64,000 bases of DNA from an uncultured delta proteobacterium (lineage in GTDB: Bacteria; Desulfobacterota; Syntrophobacteria; Syntrophobacterales; Syntrophobacteraceae). The stretch lies in contig CAWEHK010000010.1 of NCBI GenBank assembly GCA_963808625.1, positions 18,664-82,663 of the forward strand. Reading direction: 5' to 3'. Made by a program: the position numbers and the translations under genes. This document shows, piece by piece, positions 21,341-32,690 of this stretch; the stretch's first letter is position 1, and each line of letters starts with the position of its first letter. The notes under the pieces are model-generated. The model was not told the DNA's origin, did no database searches, and was given only the letters and a program-made list of their open reading frames with translations.

Positions 21341-24300
21341 ATGGCTTACGATGTTGGAATTGACGTTGGTTCGGTGAGCATCAACTGCATGGTCATTGAT
21401 GAGCGCCAGCAGGTGGTGCTCGAAACCCCATATATTCGCCACTTTGGGCTCTTTTTCGAAGAGACCCTCAGGCTGCTTCAGGAGCTCATGGCTTCCTGGC
21501 CGCAGGGGCCTGACGGCATCCGCTCCCTTACCTTTACCGGAGTCAACGGGCAGCTCCTGGCGGAAATTCTGGCGGCGCCCTATGAAGTGGAGACGATTGC
21601 GCAGATCCTCGGCGCCACGCACCTGGCGCCGGGCGTGCGTTCCATTATAAGCATCGGCGGGCAGGATGCATCGCTCTTCCAGCTCGCCTACGAAGGCGAT
21701 CAGTGGCGCCTGGAAGCCTTCAACATGAACGGCCCCTGTGCCTCGGGAACGGGCTCGTTCATGGATCAGCAGGCCGAGCGGCTGGCCTTGTCCATGTACG
21801 GCGCCGAGTTTCACATGGACCAGGAAAAGCTGCAGCAGACCCTCGAAGATTTTATCGCCCTGGGGCTGCAAGCGACCTATCCCGCTCCGGTGGCATGCCG
21901 CTGCACCGTGTTCACCAAATCCGACATGATCCATTTGCAGAATAAGGGCGAATCGCTGCCCAACATCATCGCCGGGCTGCACTACGGGAATGCCGCCAAC
22001 TATATCAGCACCATCGTCGGCCAACCGGCAGCTTGCGGAGCCCATCGTCTTCATCGGCGGCATGGCTTCCAACCGGCTGCAGGTCAAGGCCTTTCAGCAC
22101 TATTTTCCCGACCTTCAGGTGCCTGCTCATCATACTTCCCTCGGCGCCCTCGGCGTCGCCCTGCAGGCGCAAAAGCAAGGCTGGCGGAACCAGGTGGACG
22201 TTTCGCGCCTGGGCCTGAATAACACTCCGACTCGAACATACCATTTTCCTGCTGCCGACCGTCTGGAACTCGAGCTGACCCACTTCGATCCGGACAACAC
22301 CCTGTCGCCCTGGCAGACCCGGCGGAAAGCGGCAACCCAGGTTTTCCTGGGGGTGGACATCGGCTCGACTTCGACCAAGTATGCCCTCATCGACGACAAG
22401 GGGCAGATCCTGCACAAGTGCTACGTTCCAACCCAGGGAAAACCCATCGAAGTCACGCAGCGGCTGCTCCGGACGCTCGAAAAAGAGGTTGGCAGCCGGG
22501 TGCGGCTGATGGCCATCGCGACCACCGGCTCCGGGCGCAACGTGGTGGGTGATTTCCTCGATGCCGACCTCATTATTGATGAAATCACCGCCCACGCCCG
22601 AGGGGCCGTCGCGGTAGACCCGGAAATCGACACGATTTTTGAAATCGGCGGCCAGGATTCCAAGTACATCAGGATCGAGAATACCCATCCCCTGGATTTC
22701 GACATGAACAAGGTCTGCGCCGCCGGGACCGGCAGCTTCCTGCACGAGCTGGCCAACAAGATGAAGATCAATATCGTCGGCGAGTTCCAGGAAGTCGCCC
22801 TGGCGGCCGAAACCCCGATCCATCTTGCCGAGCGCTGCACGGTCTTCATGGAGTCCGACCTGGTGAGTTACGCCCAAAAGGGCGCCAGGCGTGAGGATCT
22901 CATTGCCGGCCTCTGTTACGCCATCGTCTACAACTATCTCAATCGGGTCGTCGAGAAACGCTTCATCGGCCAGCGGATCATGTTCCTGGGCGGGCCTTCG
23001 CTGAATAAGGGGATCGTCGCAGCCTTCGAGAAAGTCTTGGGAAAGCCGATCCTGGTGCCCAAACATCGGGAGGTCATGGGGGCTTTCGGGGCGGCCCTCG
23101 CGGTGCGGGAGCTCTACCACAAGGGAGAAATTACCTGCAAGAGCCGCAACCTGGAGAGACTTGCAGGCTCCGAGGTGCAGTGTTTCAGAAACCATCTGTA
23201 CGGCGGACAAGAAATGCCATAACGAGTGCAAGCTGAAGGTCTACGATTTTGGCGGGCACAAGAGCATCTGGGGAGGGGATTGCGGGCGTTACGAGGCGGG
23301 CCGCTATGAGGGTCTGCACCAGGTGAATTATTTTTTGGAACGTCAGCAATATTTCCAGGAGGCCATGGAAGAAAAAGGCACCTCCCTGTTTGAAGTCGCG
23401 CGCGGGGACCTGCATGCCCGAGCCGACGGTGGGTGTTCCTCTGGCCCTGCACAGCCTGGAGTGGGGAATTTTCTGGTCCCATCTCTTTGCCGAACTGGGT
23501 TTCACGGTCCTGCTGAGCCCTCGCACCAACAATAAGATCGTCCTGACCGGCGTCGAAAGCATGACCGCCGAGACCTGCTTTCCGGTAAAGGTGTTCCACG
23601 GTCATGTGCAGCTATCTCTCTGGATCGGGCCGAATACCTTTTTCTGCCGAATGTGATCGATATGCCTACGCCTCAGGCGCAGGAAACAGGCTTTTTCTGT
23701 CCCCTGGTGGAAAGCTCCCAGTACATGGTGCGGGCGGCTCTGAACATCCCCGACCAACGCCTGATCCGGCCGACTCTGTATTTGAAAGAGGGTCCGGAGC
23801 ATCTGGTGGAAGCCTTCCACAAGGGTCTGCCCCAGCGACCTGCAGCCCGGGCGGGCGGGCCTCGAGAGGGCGGTGCAGAAGGCATGGGACAGGCAAAGCG
23901 CCTTTCGCCGGAAGCTCTTCGAGCGCGGTCGGGAGGTCCTGCGGGAGGTGGCTCCCGGCGAAGCCCTGTGGGTCGTCACCGGGCGTCCGTACAATCTTCA
24001 CGACGAAAGGTCGAACTTCCAACTGGGAAGACACCTGGCCAAACTGGGAATCAGGGCCTTGCCGATGGATTATCTGGACGTCGATGCCGAGGATTTGAGC
24101 GATTTTCCGACGGATGTACTGGGGCCAGGGGGCGAAGATCCTCCGCACGGCGAAGCTCATCGCGCGCACGCCGAATTGGTACGGCGTCCACCTCACCAAC
24201 TTCAGCTGCGGCGCCGATTCCTTCATCGAACATTTCTATCGGCATATCCTGCGGGAAAAACCGTCGCTCATTCTGGAACTGGACGAGCACAGTGCCGTGG

Positions 24301-24413
24301 CGGGACTCCTGACCCGCATCGAAGCCTATCAGAATGTCGTGAAAAATCTACAAGACAAATCCCTGAAAATTCACTATGAAGCAGAAGCACCATTCGAGGC
24401 CTTGTGCCGGTAG
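21341..24413 (+). CDS. CoA-substrate-specific enzyme activase (tandem BadF/BcrAD ASKHA ATPase domains + DUF2229); multiple frameshifts
   Basis: GIDVGSVS, IGGQDAS, MNGPCASGTGSF; second GVDIGSTSTK, EIGGQDSK, MNKVCAAGTGSFL; ETCFPVK, GRPYN, NFSCGADS, LELDEH. Confidence 0.88.
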
Positions 24414-24446
24414 CTCACTGACGGAGGGATAACACAGCATATTAAT

Positions 24447-25811
24447 ATGTCACAACCGCCTGATCTGCATGCCTTTCATCGTTTACAGACCAGCGTAAAG
24501 CAGTTCAACGTTTCGGGAAGAACGCTTCTCATGCCGGACATGGCTCCTTTCGGCGTGCGGCTCCTTGCGGCGTCCTTTCGCGCCGTCGGGGTCGATGCCC
24601 TGGTCATCGACACCTATAAGGGCTTGTCTCTGGGAAGGGAGTTCACCTCCGGCAAGGAATGCTTTCCCTGCCAGGTGACCCTGGGCGATATCCTCCACCA
24701 CCTGGAAGAGGAAAAGAAGCGCCTGGGCGCAGCGTTTTCTCCGGAGCGATACGTCTATTTTCTTCCGGAAGCCGACGGCCCCTGCCGCTTCGGCATGTAT
24801 AACAAGCTCCAGCGACTCATTTTGGACCGTTTCGAGGAATTCAAAGATATCCCCATCGTCTACGTTTCCACCGAGAATGCTTATGCCACCAACGGCATCA
24901 TGCCTGCCGATCGCGCTCCGATTTTTCGCAAGCTGGCCTTTGTTGCCGTCATCATCGCCGATGTTCTGGACCGCACGGTGTGGCGGGTACGCCCCTACGA
25001 ACGGCGGCCGGGAATGACCGATGCCTTCATGGAAAAGGCTCTGCAGGACATGGTTTCGCGGATTGAAGAAATCGGCGCCCGGCCTCGATTTCCATAAACT
25101 GTATCGACTGCTCGAAGACATTGTCGCAACGGCCCGCACCTTTATCGATCCTCGGCAGCCTCCGCGCCCCCGCATCGGTATTGTCGGCGAAATCTATCTG
25201 CGCACCCATCCGGATTCCAACCAGAATATTGTGCGGCAACTGGAGGAGTTCGGGGGAGAAGTCGTGGATGCATCCCTGGGCGAATGGGTCAATTTCGTTG
25301 CGTTTGAACGGGCGCGAAAGCTGCGGCGACAATGGAAAATCGCGTGGAAGGAAAAAAACCATCAGACGCTGCGGCAGGTCAGCCGGAAATGGCTCGGATA
25401 TCGAAATCGAAAAGCTTTACCAGGCATGGCGCCAGCACCAGGTTTACGCGGAGCGCCAGGAAGCATCTGGATATCCAACCGGATCACAGCATCGGCCGGA
25501 TTGAACGCCGACTGGATGCCAACCGCCTCTTTAGCTTTGACATTGGCACGGAAGCTGCGCTCAGTATTGGCGGAGCATTGGAATACGCCCATCACGGCTT
25601 TAACGGCATCGTCAACGTCTTTCCTTTCACCTGCATGCCGAGCACGATCTGTTCGGCGATTCTGAAACCCCTGCTCCATCAGATGCGAATCCCCTACCTT
25701 GACGCTCCTTATGACGGCGCCATCCAGCCTAATCGAGAAGTCGCCCTGCGCACTTTTCTTTACCAGGCGAAACAGCATCTTGCGTCCAGGCTTACGGGGA
25801 AAGAACAATAA
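24447..25811 (+). CDS. Activase-associated 2-hydroxyacyl-CoA dehydratase-like protein; frameshifted
   Basis: GKECFPC, GPCRFGMY, IGIVGEIYLR, GTEAALSIG, PFTCMPS motifs. Confidence 0.8.
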
Positions 25812-25820
25812 GGTTTAGCG

Positions 25821-27298
25821 ATGGCAAATCAAACCATGATCATCAATGCGGTACATCCGGAAGAATTCCGGATCGCTATCGTTGAAGGGCAATCGCTGGA
25901 AGGTTTCTTCATCGAAACCGCAGCCCGCACCAAGATTTCCGGTAATCTCTACAAAGGCATTGTGACCCACGTCCAGCCCAGCCTGCAGGCCGCCTTCGTC
26001 AACTATGGCATGGACCGCAACGGCTTCCTTCCGCTGTCGGATATCCACCCGGAATACTTTCTCAATGAGGTGGAAGAACCGGTGAGGATTCAGGATGTGG
26101 TGCAGCCCGGCCAGCAAGTGCTCGTCCAGGTGGTCAAGGAGGAGATCGGCAGCAAAGGGGCCCTGCTCACAACCTATATTTCCCTGGCCGGTCGCGATGT
26201 GGTGTTGATGCCGGGACAGTCGCAACGGGGCGTATCCCGAAAAATCGAAGACGAAACCCAGCGCGAGCGGCTTGCGAACCCTGGTCAACGATCTCAGGAT
26301 GCCGGAGGAATTTGGGGTGATTCTGCGCACGGCGGCAGAAACCGCACCAAGCGGGAAATCGTACAGGACTTCAACCATCTCATGAAGATCTGGGAGGAAA
26401 TCAAGAAGCAGGTTGAAGACGCCCCGGCGCCGGCCCTTATTCACAAAGATCAGGACTTGGCCCTGAAAATCCTTCGCGACTATTTCAATCCCAACATCAA
26501 GACCATCCTGGTGGACGACCGGGAGGTTTTCAAGACGGTCAAAGAGTTCTTGCGCATCATCAGCCCGGCGCACCAGCGGGTCGTAAGATTTTACAAAGAT
26601 GAGGGCCCGATCACCAACAAGTTCAATCTGGAAGACCAGATCGAACAGATCTTCCGCAAAAGGGTGCCGCTCAAATCGGGCGGCTCCCTGTTCATCGACA
26701 GCACCGAAGCCCTGGTGGCCATCGATGTCAACTCAGGGCGGACCAACGGCAACGGGGTGCTCGAAGAAATGGTCTACAAGGTCAATTTGGAAGCGGCCGC
26801 TGAAATCCCTCGCCAACTGCGCCTGCGAGACCTGGGAGGCCTGATCGTAATCGATTTTATCGATATGCGCGACAGTCGCCATTCGCGGGAAGTGGAACGC
26901 CGCTTCAAGGAAGAAATCAAGAAGGACAAGGCCAAGATCACCGTGGGCCGGATTTCCCGCTTCGGATTGCTGGAGCTTTCGCGCCAGCATCTGGGGCTGA
27001 ACATCATGCGCGGGTCTTTCGGCGAATGCCCGGTATGCCATGGGGTCGGCCTGGTCCGCTCCATCGAAGCCCTCGCTTTGAGTCATCTGCGCAAGATCTG
27101 GCTCACCCTCACCCACAAGAAAGCCGCCACGGTCAAGGCCACTCTCAACGTCGAGGTGGCCAACTACCTCCTCAATCAAAAGCGAAGCGATCTCATCCAA
27201 CTCGAAGAACGTTACAAGACCAGCATCGCCATTGAAGGCTCCGCCGCCATTTTGCCCACGAGGGCCATGTGGAATACATCGCCGGGGAGACGATGTAA
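25821..27298 (+). CDS. Ribonuclease E/G family; short local frameshifts
   Basis: GNLYKG, LQAAFVNYG, TEALVAIDVNSG, RQLRLRDLGGLIVIDFIDM, ISRFGLLELSRQ, CPVCHG; true stop probably TAA 27296-27298. Confidence 0.93.
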
Positions 27299-27300
27299 AA

Positions 27301-27443
27301 TACAGCTGCGCATGAATGAGTGTCCAATATCCAATCGTCATGCCCGCGAAGGCGGGCATCCAGGCTTTCTTTCTGGATTCCCGCCAGAAGCATGCGGGAA
27401 TGACGGCTGGGAACAGATGGTCACTTTATTCTGTGGAGCGGTA
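27301..27443. repeat. REPIN/MITE-like element with GTCATGCCCGC...GCGGGAATGAC core
   Basis: Core palindromes 27336-27406; flank ATGGTCACTTTATTCTGTGGAGC matches the reverse complement of the 30806-30830 flank. Confidence 0.75.
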
Positions 27444-27463
27444 CAGAGCGGCACTGAGCGCAA

Positions 27464-28145
27464 TTACACGATCACATAGCGCTTGATGGTGTGGACCACT
27501 TCATCCGGGTCATCGAGAACGCTGAAGAGGTCCAGATCCTCTTCGGAAATGTAGTGGCGGGTCAAAAGCGTATTTCGAATCCAATCGGCGAGCCCGCTCC
27601 AGTAATCCTTGCCCGACCAGAATAACCGGGAAAGGGCTTGATGCGGTGGGTCTGAATGAGCGTCAGGGCTTCAAAGATCTCATCGAAGCGTGCCAAATCC
27701 CCCCGGCATCCCGATATAAGCCTGACCGTACTTGACGAACATGACCTTGCGCACGAAGAAATACTGAAAGTCGAGTTTGACATTGGCATAGGGATTGGGT
27801 TCCTGCTCCATGGGCAGCACGATATTCAGGCCGGCGGACTTTGCTCCCCCTTCCCTGGCCCCTTTGTTTCCCGCCTCCATGATTCCGGGGCCACCTCCGG
27901 TGAGGACGTTGAAGCCGTTTTCTGCCAACTTCCTGGCGATGGTCACCGTTCTTTCGTAGATTTCGTCGCCGGGCTTGACCCGGGCCGACCCGAAAATGGT
28001 AACGGCAGGGTAGATCTCCGCCAGTGTTTCAAAACCATCCACCAACTCGGCAAGGATCTTGAAAAGCCGCCAGGAATCATTGACGGTTATGGCATCGACG
28101 AGATATTGTTTTTCCGGCGATTTCCGGTGTCCTTCTCCCTCGCAT
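27464..28145 (-). CDS. LOG family (TIGR00730) nucleotide phosphoribohydrolase; frameshifted
   Basis: VTIFGSAR, TGGGPGIMEAGN, FFVRKVMF, PGGFGT motifs. Confidence 0.92.
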
Positions 28146-28463
28146 GATCAGCCCCTAGGCACGTTGAAGAGCAAGGATAACTCTTTCGTAGAGTGCACTC
28201 AAAAGAGGCGGTATTATACAGGAGAATAGGGCTGAGGGAATGAGGAACATCGAAAGGCCGCAGGCAGTGCGGACAGCGGTGCGCCCGCGCGGAATGCTCT
28301 TGCAGCGGCAAGGTTCCGGAAAAAGTGATTGAATCCCTTAAGAAAATAAGCTATTAGCCCGTGGAAAACGAGACTGTGCTCCTACAATACGAACATAAGA
28401 CTTCTACGGCTTTCCTCGAGAGAAGGAAGTCAGGTTTCTTTGGATAAGCGGAGGCCATTTGCC

Positions 28464-28735
28464 ATGGAGATGAAGGTTTTTGTGAAGGCGGCCCTGAAAA
28501 AGGTCAGCCAAAAAGTCGCTGACGGAAGTCTTGGACAAACACGAAGAAGGATATGACGACGCCGGAAGAGATGCTGCTGGACTGGATCTGGATCGAGCTC
28601 AAAGAAGAATCTCCGGATAAGGATGCCGTCATCTCTATGGAACTGGACGATCTCTATGAGATCATCGAAAGTTCGGCCGACATTTACGAGGACTACCAGA
28701 TCCTTTTGGAGACGATTCGCTCGGGGAACGGTTGA
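28464..28735 (+). CDS. Small acidic hypothetical protein; frameshifted
   Basis: RBS GGAGG, MEMKVFVKAALKKVSQKV... joins EEMLLDWIWIELKEESPDKD... after a frameshift. Confidence 0.6.
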
Positions 28736-28807
28736 TGAAAATATTATCGGCAATACTTCTCAGCGCCTGTTATCGGGCGCTTTTTTTGTTTGAGAAATTT
28801 GAGAAAA

Positions 28808-29990
28808 ATGATGAAAAGTAATCTCAAGCGCATCGATCTTGTCCCCGGCCGAGAAAGGCGTCTGCTGCAAGGACACCGCTGGGTCTTCAGCAATGAAATC
28901 TCGACGACCGTCACAATTCGAACCGGGAAGCTGGGTGACCGTCTATTCCAGCAAGGGGGTTTGCCTCGGAGCGGGATATGTCAATCCCCATTCCCTCATC
29001 GCCGTCCGACTGGTCTGCCCCCCGCACCAGGAGCCATCCGAAGACTTCTTTCGGCATCTCGTGAAGAAAGCGGCAGCGCGCCGCCAGACCATGGTTCTAC
29101 CCGGATTCCTCCTGTGCCCGGGTGGTCTATGGTGAAGCAGACGGTCTGCCGGGCTTGATCGTAGATCGCTACGGTGAAGTGCTGGTTTACCAGATCACCA
29201 CCTTGGGAATGGCGTTGATGGAGGACCTGGTTAAAGGAAATACTACTCGATCTGTTCCACCCAAAGCCCTGGTTTATCGCCACGACACTCCCGTGCGCAC
29301 GCTCGAAGGACTGCCGCTGGACAAGGGGATTGCCTACGGTGAGGTTCCTGATCCGTGCTGGATCGAAATTGACGGAATTGAATTCTGTGATCGATCCCCT
29401 GAACGGCCAAAAAACCGGGTTTTACCTTGACCAGCGCGATAACCGCCAGGTCCTCCGCCGCTGGGCAAAAGGCAAGAGGGTGCTCGATCTGTTTTGTTAC
29501 AATGGAGCATGGGGCCTGTCAGCGGCACCGCAGGAGCAAAGGAAGTACTCGGGGTGGATCAATCGTCCGAGGGCGTCATGCTGGCCCGGAGAGCGCCGCC
29601 AGCAACAACCTCGAGAACATCTGCCGGTTTCAGGAAGAGGAGGTCTTTTATTTTCTTAAGACCCTCAAGAAGGGAACCTTCGACATCATCGTCCTGGACC
29701 CGCCCGCCTTCGCCAAAACCAAGAGCGCCATTCCGCAGGCCATAAAGGGTTACACCGACCTCAATCGCCGAGCCATGCTGGCTTTGGAGCCCGGGGGGAT
29801 GCTGGTCACCTGCTCCTGTTCTTATCATTTGACGAGGAAATGTTTCGAGAAGTGCTGCATAAAGGCCGCGCAGGCAAGCGGGAGGCAATTGCGGGTGCTC
29901 GAAGCCCGCGGCCAGGCAATGGATCATCCCGTGCTCCTGGCCATGCCTGAAACCCGCTATCTCAAGTGCACCTTCCTGGAAGTACTCTAA
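28808..29990 (+). CDS. rlmI: RlmI-like class I SAM-dependent rRNA methyltransferase; several frameshifts
   Basis: GHRWVFSNEI (PUA), EADGLPGLIVDRY, GQKTGFYLDQRDNR, VLDLFCY, LDPPAF, TCSCS, ETRYLK. Confidence 0.88.
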
Positions 29991-29994
29991 CCGG

Positions 29995-30715
29995 CTAATT
30001 CTTCAAATAGCCTTCGAGCGCCTTTTGGTTGAACCCGGACATTTTTATGCCGTTCCCCAGTATGATCAGTGGGGTCCCTGAGACACCAAGCTGGGTCGCC
30101 AGGGCTTTGTGCTTTTGGAGCATCTTCTCGCCCGATTCACATTTGTCGACCGTCAAGGGTTTATCGGCATGAGCGAGATCGAGGGCTGCTTCCGGATTGC
30201 TGTCACAGAGAATCTTTATGCTTTTTTCGGTAGCGTTCGGGTGCATATCAAGAGGGAACAGGAAGACATAAAGCGTATAGTCGGTCTGGGTTTTGAGCCA
30301 GTCGTAGGCTTTCTTGCAGTAGGGGCAGTCGACATCGGTGATCAGGTAGAGCGGCTTTGCTCCGCTTCCCTTCTTGATGACGATGGCATCCTTGAGGGGC
30401 AACTTGGAGACGTCCACCTTGTTGACCTCGTCATAGCGATCCTTGGTCAGATTTACCTTGTCCTTGTTGATCAGACTCCCCCCCGTAAGCATATAGGAAC
30501 CGTCTTTGGTGATGTAGACGATCTGCTTATCTCTCCCGGGCATTGAGGCAACGACCTCATAGAGATTTCCCAAGTCCTTGACCGTCTCCACGGAGACCTG
30601 GTCGGTAAAGATGGATTTCACGATCGGCATGTGCTTTAACCTTGGCCGCAAGATCTGCCGCGTGGAGTGGTGAAGCAAGCGCCAGCAGCAGGAGTACGAG
30701 TAATGCTCTTTTCAT
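29995..30715 (-). CDS. dsbC: DsbC-family thiol:disulfide isomerase; N-terminal frameshift
   Basis: Signal peptide MKRALLVLLLLALASPLHA; TDVDCPYCKK; GVSGTP. Confidence 0.85.
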
Positions 30716-30802
30716 TCTAGGCTCCTTGAATTGACTCTGAAAAAAACCGTTGACCGTTCTGCCATAACATCCGGCGCGCACTGACCCGCAAAGCTCCGCT
30801 TG

Positions 30803-30973
30803 GTACAGCACCACAGCATAAAGTGACCATAAGCCAAGAACGTCATTCCCGCATGCTCCCCGCCGAAAGCCTGCGGGGACAAGCTTTGGCGGGAATCCAG
30901 AAGAAAAGCCTGGATGCCCGCCTTCGCGGGCATGACGGGCCGGTATGGGACACCATTTATGTGGAGCTGCTAC
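30803..30973. repeat. REPIN/MITE-like element, same family as 27301-27443
   Basis: CGTCATTCCCGC...GCGGGAATCCAG...CTGGATGCCCGCCTTCGCGGGCATGACG with imperfect inverted flanks. Confidence 0.75.
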
Positions 30974-31263
30974 TTTGGTTCATCCGCCTCCCTGCAGGCG
31001 CATGCGGTGTCGGTGCAAATCGGCGTCCCGGCCGGACAAGATCTGCGCTTTCCCCCGTCATGCGGTGCGTGCAGCTGCATCTCATAACATAAAGGTCAAT
31101 GCGAAGCTACCGTAACCATGCCAATCGGCCCCAGAATTATGGCCATCCCATCCGGCACCAGGCCCGGCCTCATGTCGCCAGGCCGGAGGCCGCCCCGGCA
31201 GCGTCACCGGAATTGCTGACGAACCGTGGGAATCTCCCGTTCTCGCCCGCTTCATGGCTGGGT

Positions 31264-32427
31264 TCAGGCCTCGCCTCGGGCGGGGTATTGCAGCAGGAGA
31301 CTGATGAGGAAACCGGCGACGGGCAGGGCCCCGATGCACTGCAGGGCAAAGGGAACTCCGAAATGGTCCGCAATGACCCCCAGGAGCGTCACCCCTATCC
31401 CTCCGGCCCCGATGGCAAAACCAACGAGGAGGCCCGAAGCGACGCCGAGGTTTCCCGGCAGGAGATTCTGCCCCATCACCACCGTCACCGAAAAGGTGGA
31501 GATGAGGATCATGCCGAGCAAGGTCACCGTGGCCAGGAGCATGAAGCCCTGAAAGTAGAAGATAAAGGGGAACAGAACCGCGCTCCCGAGCATGGATAAC
31601 CGCAGCCAGAACCGGTGGCCCCATCGGTCGGCGAGGGGAGAGCCCGCCAGCGTCCCGAAGACGCCGCCCAGAAGAAGCATGCTGACAAGTTTTCCCGCAA
31701 CGACCGGGTCCCCCTTGAGGAAATCGATGTAGTAAAAAGGGATATAGGTCATAAGGCCCATCTGTGTCCAGGTTCTCATGACAATCACGCAGATGAGAAT
31801 GAAGATTGCGCGGTAGGCGCCCTCGGGTTGCTGGAGCGTGGCTTTGGACCTGGCCGACGCCTCGGCCTTGGGAATGGCAACCGTTTTGCGGAAGATGATG
31901 ATCGCAATGGTGAAGACCAGGGACGGGAGAACCATCCAGGGCAGCGAGGAAAACCCGAGGTAGTTGACGATCGAGAGCGCGAGAATCGGACCCAGTGCCA
32001 TCCCCGCATTTCCGCCTACCGAAAAGACGGACATGCCGGTTGCCATTCTCTCGCCGGTAAAGAAACGCGCGGTTTTGAATCCTTCGGGATGATACGAGGC
32101 GATTCCCAGGCCGCTCACGGCAACCAGAAGCAGGATCACGAAGTAATTCTGAGTCGTTGCCAGCAGGGAGAAACCCACTCCGGCAAGAAACACGCCCAGG
32201 GGCAGCAGAAAAGCCTTTTCCTTTTTGTCCGAAAGAAACCCGAAGAGCGGCTGGACCACGGAGGAAGTGATATTGCCAACGATGAGAATCATGCCCGTTA
32301 CGGTGTAAGAAAGCCCCAGGTTTTCCTTAAGGAAAGGCAGAATGGCCGGGAGCGCACCCTGGTAGGTGTCGACGACCATATGGCCACAGGAAAGGAGGAG
32401 AAGGACCTTGAGGTTAAACTTAGTCAC
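31264..32427 (-). CDS. MFS transporter (Fsr/fosmidomycin-resistance-like)
   Basis: SSVVQPLFGFLSDK, GIASYHPEG, FSVGGNAGMALGP, ADRWG; 12-TM pattern. Confidence 0.9.
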   Translation of the reverse strand: MTKFNLKVLLLLSCGHMVVDTYQGALPAILPFLKENLGLSYTVTGMILIVGNITSSVVQPLFGFLSDKKEKAFLLPLGVFLAGVGFSLLATTQNYFVILLLVAVSGLGIASYHPEGFKTARFFTGERMATGMSVFSVGGNAGMALGPILALSIVNYLGFSSLPWMVLPSLVFTIAIIIFRKTVAIPKAEASARSKATLQQPEGAYRAIFILICVIVMRTWTQMGLMTYIPFYYIDFLKGDPVVAGKLVSMLLLGGVFGTLAGSPLADRWGHRFWLRLSMLGSAVLFPFIFYFQGFMLLATVTLLGMILISTFSVTVVMGQNLLPGNLGVASGLLVGFAIGAGGIGVTLLGVIADHFGVPFALQCIGALPVAGFLISLLLQYPARGEA

Positions 32428-32434
32428 TATTGCG

Positions 32435-32472
32435 GTTGATAGTTGAGAGTTGATGGTTGATGGCTGATGGTT
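32435..32472. repeat. Heptamer tandem repeat (GTTGATR-like)x5
   Basis: GTTGATA GTTGAGA GTTGATG GTTGATG GCTGATG. Confidence 0.85.
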
Positions 32473-32690
32473 AGGAGGAGAAGGACCTTGAGGTTGACCT
32501 CGGTCGCTCTCCCCATGGCAGCCCTAAAGGATGGCGATTTCTCCAATCCGCCGTCACGGCTTCCAAGGGTCATGAATGGCACTTGCTCACTCCGGCCTCT
32601 GAAAATTCTCTTTCGCCTCGCCGGTTCCCGAGCTCCAGTTCGTTGGTTCGCTGGTTCCCAAGCTCCAGCTTGGGAACCAGCGAACCCCGG

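Noticed and set aside
21083..23231. Long antisense ORFs (e.g. 21083-22087, 22005-23231; also 33198-34241, 54942-55931, 59318-60340)
   Set aside because: Shadow frames of GC-rich genes on the opposite strand; no motifs or RBS
27299..27479. C-terminal extension of RNase E/G through the REP element
   Set aside because: Arises from a frameshift near 27257; the corrected frame stops at 27298, before the repeat
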